DNA of 64,000 bases from Candidatus Daviesbacteria bacterium (GTDB lineage Bacteria; Patescibacteriota; Microgenomatia; Daviesbacterales; UBA10151). The notes beneath the pieces are model-generated. The model did not search any database, was not told the DNA's origin, and saw only the letters and a program-made list of their open reading frames with translations. The stretch covers positions 354,634 to 418,633 of the forward strand of contig JAQTZF010000001.1 in assembly GCA_028687915.1 (NCBI GenBank), in the 5' to 3' direction. Position numbers and translations under genes: made by a program. This document shows, piece by piece, positions 1-9,014 of this stretch; positions within the stretch are counted from its first letter, which is position 1, and each line of letters starts with the position of its first letter.

Positions 1-258
1 TTTGTAACTAATAAAGAATCTAGCACAGAAGATGTAGATCTTCTGGTAGTAGGGCAAATTGTTTTACCAGAGCTACAATCAATTGTTTCTGATGAACAGG
101 CTAAAAGAGAGGCTGAAATAAATTATTCATTTATGGATGAAGCTGAATTTAATTTTAGAGTTAAACGTCGAGATCCATTTATCTTAAAAGTAATTACTCA
201 GCCTAAGATAATGATTTTAGGTGATGAAGAAGAAATGTTGTCTGGAATGAAATTCTAA
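1..258 (+). CDS. 3' end of hypothetical protein with nucleotidyltransferase-like C-terminal domain (truncated by window)
   Basis: Frame 1 is open from base 1 to TAA 256-258 (FVTNKESSTEDVDLLVVGQ...EINYSFMDEAEF...); DVDLLVVG resembles the DxD strand of minimal nucleotidyltransferases; stop overlaps the secD ATG. Confidence 0.6.
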   Translation, partial: FVTNKESSTEDVDLLVVGQIVLPELQSIVSDEQAKREAEINYSFMDEAEFNFRVKRRDPFILKVITQPKIMILGDEEEMLSGMKF

Positions 259-1643
259 TGAAATCCCGCTTTGCCCTTTGGTCTATTGTTGTTTTTACAT
301 TGGTGGCTATTATAGTCAATCTTCCTTCTGTTAATAATTTACCAAATCAGGTTGGAGGACTTAATCTGCGCTTTTTAAAAAATAATAACCTTATCATACC
401 CTTTTTTGGACGCAATCTGGATTTAAACTTTTTATCACCTGTTAATTTAACTGGTAAATTTCCTATTAAATTAGGTTTAGATCTTCAGGGTGGTACAGAG
501 TTGATTTTGCAAACAGATATGTCAAAAATTAATGCTGCAGACCGGGACAATGCTCTGGAATCAGCACGTCAGGTTATTGAAAGAAGAGTTAACTTATATG
601 GTGTTTCTGAAAGTGTGGTTCAATCCTCTAAACTGGGTGAGCAAAGAAGGATTTTAGTCGAGTTACCAGGTGTTAAAGATTCATCATCTGCTGCTAATCT
701 TGTTGGAAAAACCGCGCTTTTAGAATTTAGAGAAATTCCAGCCAGTGCTGCAGCTGAGGCAAGTAAATCAGGGATCCCTATTTTAGCTTTTGCACAACCT
801 ACAGGATTAACTGGGGCAGATTTAAAAAAAGCCAGTGTGACTTTTGGGGGGAGTGGTGCAAAATCAGGTCCACAAGTTTCAATTGAATTTACAGATATCG
901 GTGCACAAAAATTTGGTGAAATTACCAAGCGAAATGTGGGTAAGCCTTTAGCAATATTTTTAGATGGATCTCCAATAGAGGTGCCTATTGTTGAAAGTGA
1001 GATTTTAGGTGGAAGAGCTCAAATATCTGGTAATTTTACTGCCCAAACAGCCAAGGAATTAAGTATTCAATTAAACGCGGGAGCATTACCTGTACCAATT
1101 GAAATAATAAAACAACAATCGATAGGAGCAGCTTTAGGTAACGAATCAGTCCAAAAAAGTTTATTGGCAGGCTTTATTGGAATTACAACAGTTGCTATTT
1201 TTATGGTAGCTTATTATGGAATTTATGGATTATTAGCTGACTTGGCACTGATTATTTATTCTTTATTGGTTTTAGCAATTTTTAGAACCGGTTTATTTTT
1301 AATACCTCCTGTTACCTTAACTTTGGCAGGTATTGCCGGATTTATTCTATCAATTGGGATGGCAGTGGATGCTAATATTTTAACATTTGAAAGAATGAAG
1401 GAAGAACTAAGGTCTGGAAAAACTGGGAAATTGGCTTTGGAAACAGGCTTTAACCGGGCCTGGACTTCAATCAGAGACTCTAACGTCTCATCACTCATTA
1501 CAGCTACTATTTTATATATGTTTGGAACAAGCGTGGTAAAAGGATTTGCTCTAACTTTAGCTATTGGAGTTTTAGTCTCTATGTTTTCAGCAATTGTAGT
1601 TACAAGAACAATTTTAAGAATGTTACCTAGATTTAAGAGATGA
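258..1643 (+). CDS. secD: protein translocase subunit SecD
   Basis: LGLDLQGG motif, LNAGALPVP, IGMAVDANILTFER, C-terminal TM helices. Confidence 0.97.
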   Translation: MKSRFALWSIVVFTLVAIIVNLPSVNNLPNQVGGLNLRFLKNNNLIIPFFGRNLDLNFLSPVNLTGKFPIKLGLDLQGGTELILQTDMSKINAADRDNALESARQVIERRVNLYGVSESVVQSSKLGEQRRILVELPGVKDSSSAANLVGKTALLEFREIPASAAAEASKSGIPILAFAQPTGLTGADLKKASVTFGGSGAKSGPQVSIEFTDIGAQKFGEITKRNVGKPLAIFLDGSPIEVPIVESEILGGRAQISGNFTAQTAKELSIQLNAGALPVPIEIIKQQSIGAALGNESVQKSLLAGFIGITTVAIFMVAYYGIYGLLADLALIIYSLLVLAIFRTGLFLIPPVTLTLAGIAGFILSIGMAVDANILTFERMKEELRSGKTGKLALETGFNRAWTSIRDSNVSSLITATILYMFGTSVVKGFALTLAIGVLVSMFSAIVVTRTILRMLPRFKR

Positions 1644-2518
1644 AATTTTTAGCTAAAAAACCACATTATGAATATTTAAGAAAAAAATGGATTGCTAAGC
1701 ATAAAGCTTCATCAGAGAAATTCTTAACTAATAATTCAGCCTCACTTCGCAAGATGGCTATTGGAGGTTTGGGTGGGTTATTGTTATTAACAACTCCTGG
1801 TATGGCATCAGGAGTCCCTTCTTCTAACATCCAAAACCAATCAGGAATTGAAAGTACGGAAGATAAGAATGCTATATTAGCTGCTGCTTTAAAAGCAGAT
1901 ATTCCAAAAGATAATAGTAATCTTACACCAGAAGAGGAGGTAAAAATTCAAAGTATTTTATCAGAACATTTAGGAATTAATGTTAAAGCAGAGCTAGAAG
2001 GGATAAGATTAAATAGGACTTATGGTGTAATTGGTGGTGAACAACACTTATATCGTTATCCTGGTGATAACTTATATAAACATGCCGATAATGCAGCTGA
2101 TTCTGCTATGTATATTCCAGCTGGTATTGCACCGGGACTTGGAGCTTGGGGTTATTTTGCTTCATCAGAGTCAGCTTTTACTGAAAAAGAAAAACAGGAA
2201 GAAAAATATTATTTGGCAGTTCAAACTTTTTTAGTACCAGGTTATGCTGAAAATGTTAAAAAGTATTCAACATTCTTTAAACATCGTAAGATGGTAGTAG
2301 TAAATCCTAAAACTGGTCAGGCAGTGGTGGCAGTAATAGGGGATGCAGGTCCATCACCATGGACAGGAAAGCATTTAGGTGGTTCACCAGAAGTAATGCA
2401 GGAAGTAGGGTTGGCAGGTGGTCCAAGAAAAGGTCCTGTGCTTTACTTCTTTATTGATGACGCGCAAAATGAAGTACCGCTTGGGCCAATCAAAGTAAGA
2501 AAAGGAGGATTAAATTAA
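1640..2518 (+). CDS. exported hypothetical protein, possible double-psi beta-barrel (RlpA-like) C-terminus
   Basis: 292 aa ORF coupled to secD (ATGA overlap); hydrophobic segment near N-terminus; VVVNPKTGQAVVAVIGDAGP resembles RlpA/DPBB V-x-V-x-D-x-G-P. Confidence 0.6.
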   Translation: MKFLAKKPHYEYLRKKWIAKHKASSEKFLTNNSASLRKMAIGGLGGLLLLTTPGMASGVPSSNIQNQSGIESTEDKNAILAAALKADIPKDNSNLTPEEEVKIQSILSEHLGINVKAELEGIRLNRTYGVIGGEQHLYRYPGDNLYKHADNAADSAMYIPAGIAPGLGAWGYFASSESAFTEKEKQEEKYYLAVQTFLVPGYAENVKKYSTFFKHRKMVVVNPKTGQAVVAVIGDAGPSPWTGKHLGGSPEVMQEVGLAGGPRKGPVLYFFIDDAQNEVPLGPIKVRKGGLN

Positions 2519-2520
2519 TT

Positions 2521-2853
2521 ATGAAATATTTTTATTCGCATTTAGTTGCTATTGAAACAATAACAGAAAAATTAGATGAGTTAGATATGACAGATTCTCA
2601 AAGAAAACACTTAGCAGAGCTGATTGATTCAACAATTCATCAAGAAGTTTTAGACATCATTTTTTCAAGATTAAATGAAACAGATAAGTTATTATTTATT
2701 GAGCAACTTAAGAATGATCCATCTAATCCAGAGATTATTAAATTATTAAATGAAAAAGCTGGAGATATAGAGAGCGAGATAAAAGAAGCTGTGGTAAAGA
2801 TTAAAAAAGAATTGCATGAGGATGTAGAAACAGCAAAAAGGGGAGGGGAATAA
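2521..2853 (+). CDS. hypothetical acidic helical protein
   Basis: 110 aa ORF with strong SD (AAAGGAGG at about 2501), within the secD-secF operon. Confidence 0.75.
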   Translation: MKYFYSHLVAIETITEKLDELDMTDSQRKHLAELIDSTIHQEVLDIIFSRLNETDKLLFIEQLKNDPSNPEIIKLLNEKAGDIESEIKEAVVKIKKELHEDVETAKRGGE

Positions 2854-2854
2854 A

Positions 2855-3742
2855 ATGATTAATTTAATGGGAAAAAAATGGTGGTTCTTTATACTGTCTA
2901 CCATCATAATTATTCCTGGTATTATTTCTTTATTTGTTTATGGATTAAATTTAGGAATAGACTTTACTGGTGGAGCGCTTTTGGAATATAATTTTCAGCA
3001 ACCTGTTGATAAGGAACAATTAAAGGAGAATATAAAATCTGCAAATGTAGATGTGTCAGTTATTACAAACTCAGGACCAAGTACTTATATTGTAAAAACA
3101 AAACCTATAAACCAAAATCAGATAAATAAAATTAAAGAGGTTTTATCTCAAAAATATCCCAAGGTGAGTGAGGAGAGAGTTGAAAATATTGGTCCTTCAA
3201 TAGGAGCAGAAACTACCAAAAACGCTTTTATTGCGGTTGTTGTGGCCTCAATAATGATTATCCTTTATTTAGCGATTTCTTTTAGGAAAGTTCCGAAACC
3301 TGCATCTTCATGGAGATTTGGAATAACAGCAGTTGCTGCGCTTTTACATGATGTTTTACTCGTAGTGGGAGTATTTTCTATTTTAGGACATTTTTTAAAT
3401 GTTGAAATTGATGTTTTATTTGTGACAGCAATCTTAACAGTAATTGGTTTTTCTGTTCATGACACTATTGTTGTTTTTGATAGGATCAGAGAAAATTTGC
3501 CTAAAAATTTATCTAAAAGTTTTACAGAAATTGCGAATATTTCTATCACACAAACATTAGCCAGATCACTAAACACTTCTTTAACAGTGATATTGGTGCT
3601 TTTGGCAATGTTACTTTTTGGAGGAGATTCTATTAGATGGTTTATTGTTGCATTACTTATTGGAATTATTTCCGGAACTTATTCTTCTATCTTTAATGCT
3701 ACAGCGCTTCTAGTAGCCTGGGAAGAAAAATTAGGACATTAA
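2855..3742 (+). CDS. secF: protein translocase subunit SecF
   Basis: LGIDFTGG, IGFSVHDTIVVFDRIRE, TLARSLNTS motifs. Confidence 0.97.
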   Translation: MINLMGKKWWFFILSTIIIIPGIISLFVYGLNLGIDFTGGALLEYNFQQPVDKEQLKENIKSANVDVSVITNSGPSTYIVKTKPINQNQINKIKEVLSQKYPKVSEERVENIGPSIGAETTKNAFIAVVVASIMIILYLAISFRKVPKPASSWRFGITAVAALLHDVLLVVGVFSILGHFLNVEIDVLFVTAILTVIGFSVHDTIVVFDRIRENLPKNLSKSFTEIANISITQTLARSLNTSLTVILVLLAMLLFGGDSIRWFIVALLIGIISGTYSSIFNATALLVAWEEKLGH

Positions 3743-3747
3743 CTAAG

Positions 3748-5082
3748 TTAGTTTAAACTCTTAACTTTTTCCAGTAAATATTCTTTATTATTTTTAGTAT
3801 GATCTTCTAAAACTTCTTCAAAAAGTTTATTTAAAATCTCTCCAACTTTCTTACTAGGTGGAATATTTAAAGTATCCATTACATCCTGGCCATTTATTTT
3901 TAAATCAGAAATAGAAAATGGTTTAGTTAAAACTTGTTTTATCCTATCCTGGAATGCTTCCATTCTCCAGGAAACTGCCCTTTCTGTTCCTCCTCCTAAC
4001 CTGTCTCCTATCCGTAAAGCTATAGCATCATTGATATTTTCAAGTCCTACATTATTAATAAACCTTCTGATAGCAGAGTCTGTTTGATTTTCATCAACAC
4101 TAAACTGGTGCCATCTTACTAAACGAAATAACTTATCAGTTTGTTTTTTACTCATATTAAATCTTTTGGCGATTTGCAAAACTAACCTTGATCCCACAAC
4201 TTCATGATTATAAAAACTGACATTTCCGGTTTCATCTGTTTTAGCTGTTGCAGGTTTTCCTATATCATGAAGTAAAGCAGCAAGACGAACTAAAGGGTCT
4301 TCGGAGGGGATTGTCTTAAGAGAAAGAAGTGAGTGCTCTCCAATGTCATAAATTCTGTCATGTTTAGGTCCTTCTTGTGCAACACCAAAGCATGATTCTA
4401 TCTCTGGTAAAATAATTTGTAAAATCCCCGCTTCCCTTAGCTTTAGTATACCTATGTATGGATTCACTGATGCAAGGATTTGAAGTAATTCATCCCTTAC
4501 TCTTTCATGAGCGATTTCCTTAATTAGAAGAGCATCTTGCTGAATTGATTTAAAAGTTTCTTTTTCTATATCAAATCCCAGTTGAGTGGCAATTCTAACA
4601 GCACGCATCATTCGTAGGGCATCTTCTTTAAAACGGTTATTAGGATCTCCTACAGCTCGTACTAACGTATTCTTTATATCATTTTCACCTCCGTAGGGAT
4701 CAATAATATTACCAGTTTCATCTAATGCCATCGCGTTAATCGTAAAATCACGTCTAGCTAAATCTTCTTCAATTTTATTTGTCCAACCAACTTCTGTTGG
4801 GTGCCGGGAATCCTTATAAATTCCCTCTTTTCTCATTGTTGTAATTTCAAATGTTTGATCACCAATTGGAATACCAACTGTGCCAAACTTATTATCATAA
4901 AAAGCATCAGCAAAGAGTTTTAATACATCTTCTGGTTGAGCATCAGTAGTAAAGTCCCAATCATGGACTGTTCTGTTCATAAAAAGATCACGCACTGCTC
5001 CTCCGACAATATAGATTTTAAAGCTGGTACTCTTAAATTTTTCTAAAATATCATTTACACTTTCTGGTAGTAAGTAAGTCAT
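3748..5082 (-). CDS. cca: CCA-adding tRNA nucleotidyltransferase with HD domain
   Basis: VGGAVRD, DWDF, DLARRDFTINAMA, EDALR motifs and LLHDIGK HD domain. Confidence 0.9.
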   Translation of the reverse strand: MTYLLPESVNDILEKFKSTSFKIYIVGGAVRDLFMNRTVHDWDFTTDAQPEDVLKLFADAFYDNKFGTVGIPIGDQTFEITTMRKEGIYKDSRHPTEVGWTNKIEEDLARRDFTINAMALDETGNIIDPYGGENDIKNTLVRAVGDPNNRFKEDALRMMRAVRIATQLGFDIEKETFKSIQQDALLIKEIAHERVRDELLQILASVNPYIGILKLREAGILQIILPEIESCFGVAQEGPKHDRIYDIGEHSLLSLKTIPSEDPLVRLAALLHDIGKPATAKTDETGNVSFYNHEVVGSRLVLQIAKRFNMSKKQTDKLFRLVRWHQFSVDENQTDSAIRRFINNVGLENINDAIALRIGDRLGGGTERAVSWRMEAFQDRIKQVLTKPFSISDLKINGQDVMDTLNIPPSKKVGEILNKLFEEVLEDHTKNNKEYLLEKVKSLN

Positions 5083-5136
5083 GGACTTATTGTAAGGCCC
5101 AGCAGGATTTGGAGCAAGAATGGTTTTGCGAATAGA

Positions 5137-5781
5137 TTATTTTCTTTTTTTGAAATTATTGAAAATAAATATCCCGATAATAAAAATACCGTTGAGTAAG
5201 TATACTAAACCAAGATTTGAGGCGGTAAATATGAGAGGATTATTGGTTTGAGATGCTAGTTGATACCAAATGAAAGTTCCTGGAATGCTAGCTAATGTAG
5301 AAATTATTAAATATGGATAAAACTTTATTAATGTTAAACCAGCAGCATACGAGACAACATCGTGTTCGCCTCCTAAAAATAATCGAGTGATAAACAGATA
5401 AGGTAATCCATAATTGATTGTCAATCTATCTACCCTATTCATTGTTTTTTTTCCAGCAAATTTTTCTACCAAAGATCGTCCCCAAATTCGGGCAATCCAG
5501 AAATTAATAATTGAGGCAATAAAGGACGTGGTAAAAGAGAGGAAAATAATATCTTTTCCATAAAGGTAAAATCCAACATATAGAAATGGAGAGCTGCTGA
5601 TAGGAGCAATAATATATGTCAAAAGCATCAATAGAAATAGAAGTAAAGGTGCGAAAATTCCACTACTAGTTACAATAGTTCTAATTGTTTCTTCTGGAAT
5701 TGATCTTCCAATGAGATAAATTCCACCAAAAAGGATGATAAATATAAGAATTGGGAGATATTTAGAGTGTAGGTACTTCAT
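5137..5781 (-). CDS. DedA/VTT (TVP38/SNARE-associated) membrane protein
   Basis: Hydrophobic, with INFWIARIWGR and DVVSYAAGL motifs; likely start MKYLH at 5781 because the longer ORF overlaps recJ. Confidence 0.8.
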   Translation of the reverse strand: MKYLHSKYLPILIFIILFGGIYLIGRSIPEETIRTIVTSSGIFAPLLLFLLMLLTYIIAPISSSPFLYVGFYLYGKDIIFLSFTTSFIASIINFWIARIWGRSLVEKFAGKKTMNRVDRLTINYGLPYLFITRLFLGGEHDVVSYAAGLTLIKFYPYLIISTLASIPGTFIWYQLASQTNNPLIFTASNLGLVYLLNGIFIIGIFIFNNFKKRK

Positions 5782-5819
5782 TGCTTCATTATATATTAAA
5801 CATGGTACAATCTCTTGGT

Positions 5820-7412
5820 ATGAAAACCTGGAAAATTGCCCCACAAAAATTTGATGATCCAATAAAGCAGCTACTTTATAATCGTGGTATTAAAACAGAA
5901 ATAGAAGTTAATAAATTTTTTCATCCAAAATTAGAAAACTTTGAAAAAGATTTTAAAATTGCAGGATTAGAAAAGGCTAAAAAAAGAATTTTAGATGCTA
6001 TTAAAAATGATGAGTTGATTGTAGTTTTTGGGGATTATGATGCTGATGGAGTTTGCTCACTTGCTGTTATGTATTATGCAATAACAGAACTGGGCGGAAA
6101 ATTTTTGCCCTATATCCCCCACCGTGATAAAGAAGGTTATGGATTATCGAAAGTTGGATTAGATTATGCAAAAGAGCAGGGGGCAGGATTAGTAATTACT
6201 GTTGATAATGGAATTGTGGCACTGGAGCAAGCAAAATACGCAAAAGAGATAGGATTAGATTTAATTATTACTGATCATCATTTACCACAAGACACTTTAC
6301 CAGGTGCATATGCCATAGTTCATTCAACTACTTTTTGCGGCGCGGGAGTGGCTTGGTGTTTAGTAAGAACTATGGTTGAAGAAAGCTTAAGTAATAATTT
6401 ATTAGATATTGTAGCTATTGCTACTGTATGTGATATGGTGCCATTAATTGGAGTAAACAGGTTTCTGGTTAAAGAGGGTTTGAAAAAACTAAATCATACA
6501 ACTAAAGCAGGCTTAATTGCTTTAATAATTGAATCGGGTTTAACTAAGGGAGAAATTGCTACCTACCATATAGGTCATATAATTGGACCAAGAATTAATG
6601 CTTTAGGAAGAATAGATCATGCTATGGATTCACTTAGGTTACTTTGTACTAAAGATTCTACAAAAGCTAGAACAATTGCAAAGCATTTATCGGAAGCAAA
6701 TGAACAGAAAAAACTTTTAACTATTGAAGCAATATATGAGGCAAAAGAAATTATAAATCAAACAGATAAACAAAAAAAGATTATTATTGTTCATTCAGAA
6801 AAATGGATCGCTGGAATTATGGGGTTAGTTGCAGGAAGGCTTGTAGAAGAATATGCAGTGCCGGTGATTGCTATTTCATGCGAAACTGGAATTGCTAAAG
6901 GTTCTGCCAGATCAACTAATGATGTAAATATTGTGGAAGTAATTAGGAAATGTGATGATTTATTGATTGCTGTTGGGGGTCATCCAAAAGCTGCTGGGTT
7001 TTCTATTGAAACAGAAAAAATTGGAGAGTTTAGACAAAGAATGGAAGAGCTATTGGAAAATGGGGGAGTCATATCTGAGGGAGAAGTGGTAAATATAGAT
7101 GCAATACTCGCACCAAAACAAATAACTAAAAAACTTATTAGTGATTTAGATGAATTTGAACCAACAGGGGTAGAAAATCCTAAGCCACTACTCGCTTCTT
7201 TAAATATTCCTGTTTCTGATATAAAGACAGTAGGTCAGGGGAAACATCTAAAGTTTAAGGCTGCAGGTCTAGATGCAATTGCTTTTGGAATGGGTGAAAT
7301 ATCAGATCAAATTAAAAATGGGCAGGAGATAAATGTAGCATATCAACTAGAGCTTAATACTTTTAATGGTACAGAAAAACTACAGCTTAAAGTTGTAGAC
7401 CTCAAGCTGTAG
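5820..7412 (+). CDS. recJ: single-stranded-DNA exonuclease RecJ
   Basis: GDYDADG, ITVDNG, TDHH, GSARS, GGH motifs; ATG 5820 follows TGgTACAAT. Confidence 0.95.
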   Translation: MKTWKIAPQKFDDPIKQLLYNRGIKTEIEVNKFFHPKLENFEKDFKIAGLEKAKKRILDAIKNDELIVVFGDYDADGVCSLAVMYYAITELGGKFLPYIPHRDKEGYGLSKVGLDYAKEQGAGLVITVDNGIVALEQAKYAKEIGLDLIITDHHLPQDTLPGAYAIVHSTTFCGAGVAWCLVRTMVEESLSNNLLDIVAIATVCDMVPLIGVNRFLVKEGLKKLNHTTKAGLIALIIESGLTKGEIATYHIGHIIGPRINALGRIDHAMDSLRLLCTKDSTKARTIAKHLSEANEQKKLLTIEAIYEAKEIINQTDKQKKIIIVHSEKWIAGIMGLVAGRLVEEYAVPVIAISCETGIAKGSARSTNDVNIVEVIRKCDDLLIAVGGHPKAAGFSIETEKIGEFRQRMEELLENGGVISEGEVVNIDAILAPKQITKKLISDLDEFEPTGVENPKPLLASLNIPVSDIKTVGQGKHLKFKAAGLDAIAFGMGEISDQIKNGQEINVAYQLELNTFNGTEKLQLKVVDLKL

Positions 7413-7425
7413 CTATCTATTTTTA

Positions 7426-7656
7426 TTATTCAGCACCAAACCAGCGTGCACGTAAAACAGCTCTTGCATGTGCGTCTGGATTACCTTTTCCTTCTGCTGC
7501 TGTTGCTATTGCTTCTGCAATTAGCCCGCTGAGTTCATCTGTTTTACCGCTTTTAGCTTCTTGGTCACAGTTAAATGCTATTTTTGAAGGAACACTATCT
7601 GTTGATGCTATGTAACCCATAACTCCACCGGGTAAAGTTTTAAATTCTCTGCTCAT
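7426..7656 (-). CDS. small hypothetical protein
   Basis: 76 aa ORF preceded by strong SD AAGGAGGTG; second gene behind the Ile/Leu/Val leader. Confidence 0.7.
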   Translation of the reverse strand: MSREFKTLPGGVMGYIASTDSVPSKIAFNCDQEAKSGKTDELSGLIAEAIATAAEGKGNPDAHARAVLRARWFGAE

Positions 7657-7659
7657 TTT

Positions 7660-7872
7660 TTACACCTCCTTTCTTATTTCGTTTTTAATTATTCCTGGAT
7701 ATTCTGGTGTTGGTAAACCGTTACCAAATATTAGACGCCCGCGTACCAGTCTACTATTTTCTAAAGGTATGTTTTTTGTTTGTGATTGAGACTGAGAGGG
7801 AATATCTAGATTTTGTCCAGATTCCCTTACTTCAAGCTCTCTATTTAATATTTCTTGTTCACTTATTGCCAT
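7660..7872 (-). CDS. small hypothetical protein (MAISEQEIL...)
   Basis: ATG at 7872 directly after terminator U-tract, with GAGG 7 nt upstream; 70 aa; start re-called from the track's 7977. Confidence 0.6.
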   Translation of the reverse strand: MAISEQEILNRELEVRESGQNLDIPSQSQSQTKNIPLENSRLVRGRLIFGNGLPTPEYPGIIKNEIRKEV

Positions 7873-7897
7873 AAAAAAACCTCTCATTTCTGAGAGG
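7873..7897 (-). terminator. attenuator terminator (3:4 hairpin) of the Ile/Leu/Val leader
   Basis: Minus strand reads CCTCTCA-GAAA-TGAGAGG-TTTTTTT-ATG. Confidence 0.85.
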
Positions 7898-7927
7898 CCT
7901 CGTTCTGCATTTAGGTTTTTATTTTTC

Positions 7928-8017
7928 CTAAATGAGACCTCCCATAGGTACTCCAATGAGGACCAAGAGAAGGCCAAGTAAAATAATATTAGTGTTAAAA
8001 ATATTTAATGAATTCAT
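7928..8017 (-). CDS. putative branched-chain amino acid attenuator leader peptide MNSLNIFNTNIILLGLLLVLIGVPMGGLI
   Basis: 29-codon ORF translated by hand; 11 of 13 consecutive codons are I/L/V; lies between a consensus promoter and antiterminator/terminator folds. Confidence 0.75.
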   Translation of the reverse strand: MNSLNIFNTNIILLGLLLVLIGVPMGGLI

Positions 8018-8028
8018 AACTAAAGAGC

Positions 8029-8080
8029 ATTATAGGTCTCTATATTAACTATTGTCAACAATAAGAATATTTGTTAATAT
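8029..8080. promoter_or_regulatory. back-to-back sigma70 promoters sharing the inverted repeat TTGTCAA
   Basis: Minus: TTGACA (8058-8053), 18 nt, TATAAT (8034-8029). Plus: TTGTCA (8052-8057), 17 nt, TAATAT (8075-8080) with extended TG. Confidence 0.75.
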
Positions 8081-8087
8081 ATTTGTT

Positions 8088-8156
8088 ATGCAAATAAAAA
8101 TGAATCGCTTTTATTTTTGGTTTACTTCCCATAAAGGGAGGAGCTTGACGTCTTAA
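8088..8156 (+). CDS. putative aromatic amino acid attenuator leader peptide MQIKMNRFYFWFTSHKGRSLTS
   Basis: 22-codon ORF 7 nt after the -10; five consecutive aromatic codons FYFWF (8109-8123) immediately before hairpin segment 1. Confidence 0.78.
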   Translation: MQIKMNRFYFWFTSHKGRSLTS

Positions 8157-8187
8157 AAAGTCGAAAAACTTTTTAAACAGAAAGTAT

Positions 8188-8213
8188 AACCTCCCACAAG
8201 GGAGGTTTTTTTT
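8188..8213 (+). terminator. attenuator terminator (3:4 hairpin) of the aromatic leader
   Basis: AACCTCCC-ACAA-GGGAGGTT-TTTTTT then ATG at 8214. Confidence 0.85.
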
Positions 8214-9014
8214 ATGGAGAAAAAGATGTTATCAGAAACAACAAGATATATTACTCATGGTGATACGGGGCTACCAATAAGAACTCCGCCGTATTTAAGA
8301 AAAGAACTAAAACGCGGATCTGAAATAGGCGACCTACAAAGAGGGATGATGGAAACAAGTCCTGTTATAGGTCAAAGAGGTCAGAGGGATTGCTTGCCAA
8401 ATAATATTTTAGAAAACATTCGTTTAAGAAAAATAGCTCGGTCTGTATCCAAGAGACTAGTGGCAATCGCAGAGGAGAAAGGAATTGGTCGGTATTGCAC
8501 TGTTGTTCATGGTTCGCTTGCCAGAGGGTTAGTTCGCCATACAGAGAGCTGTGATCCTAGTGATATCGATATTGACCTAGTAATCGGAAGTAAAAGGGAT
8601 TGTCAAAATTTGAGAAGCCAAGTTCGAGAGCAGATGTATGATTTAAGCGATCACTTTGGAGTAAGAATTGATTCTTACGTATGGAATATCGAAGAAATGA
8701 GAAGAAACAAAGGAGAATACGCCCGACTATATTTAGGTGCTGGTGCTTATTCAATTACTTGTAAGGGTAAGATATGGGAGGAGATTCAAGAGGTGGGTAT
8801 AGAAAGTCAAAAATTTATTAATTTAGATAAAAATACAAAAAGTCAATTATTTAAACGTCTTAATTATATTTTAACCAATAATATTACTGAAGCATTAACA
8901 GGATTTAAAAGTGGCAGAATGCAATCTGTGGTGTGTTCCTATTTTGGTGAGACGCTAGAACCATGGGAAATAATATTAAAAGCACAAGCTTTAAAAAGAC
9001 TAATTATGTCTTAA
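8214..9014 (+). CDS. Pol-beta-fold nucleotidyltransferase domain protein
   Basis: VVHGSLARG...SDIDIDLVI and later IDSYV match the hGS-x-DxD-D signature. Confidence 0.7.
   Translation: MEKKMLSETTRYITHGDTGLPIRTPPYLRKELKRGSEIGDLQRGMMETSPVIGQRGQRDCLPNNILENIRLRKIARSVSKRLVAIAEEKGIGRYCTVVHGSLARGLVRHTESCDPSDIDIDLVIGSKRDCQNLRSQVREQMYDLSDHFGVRIDSYVWNIEEMRRNKGEYARLYLGAGAYSITCKGKIWEEIQEVGIESQKFINLDKNTKSQLFKRLNYILTNNITEALTGFKSGRMQSVVCSYFGETLEPWEIILKAQALKRLIMS

Noticed and set aside
7873-7977. N-terminal extension of ORF 7660-7977 from a TTG start
   Set aside because: It runs through the leader peptide (different frame) and the terminator; ATG 7872 with SD-like GAGG is the better start.
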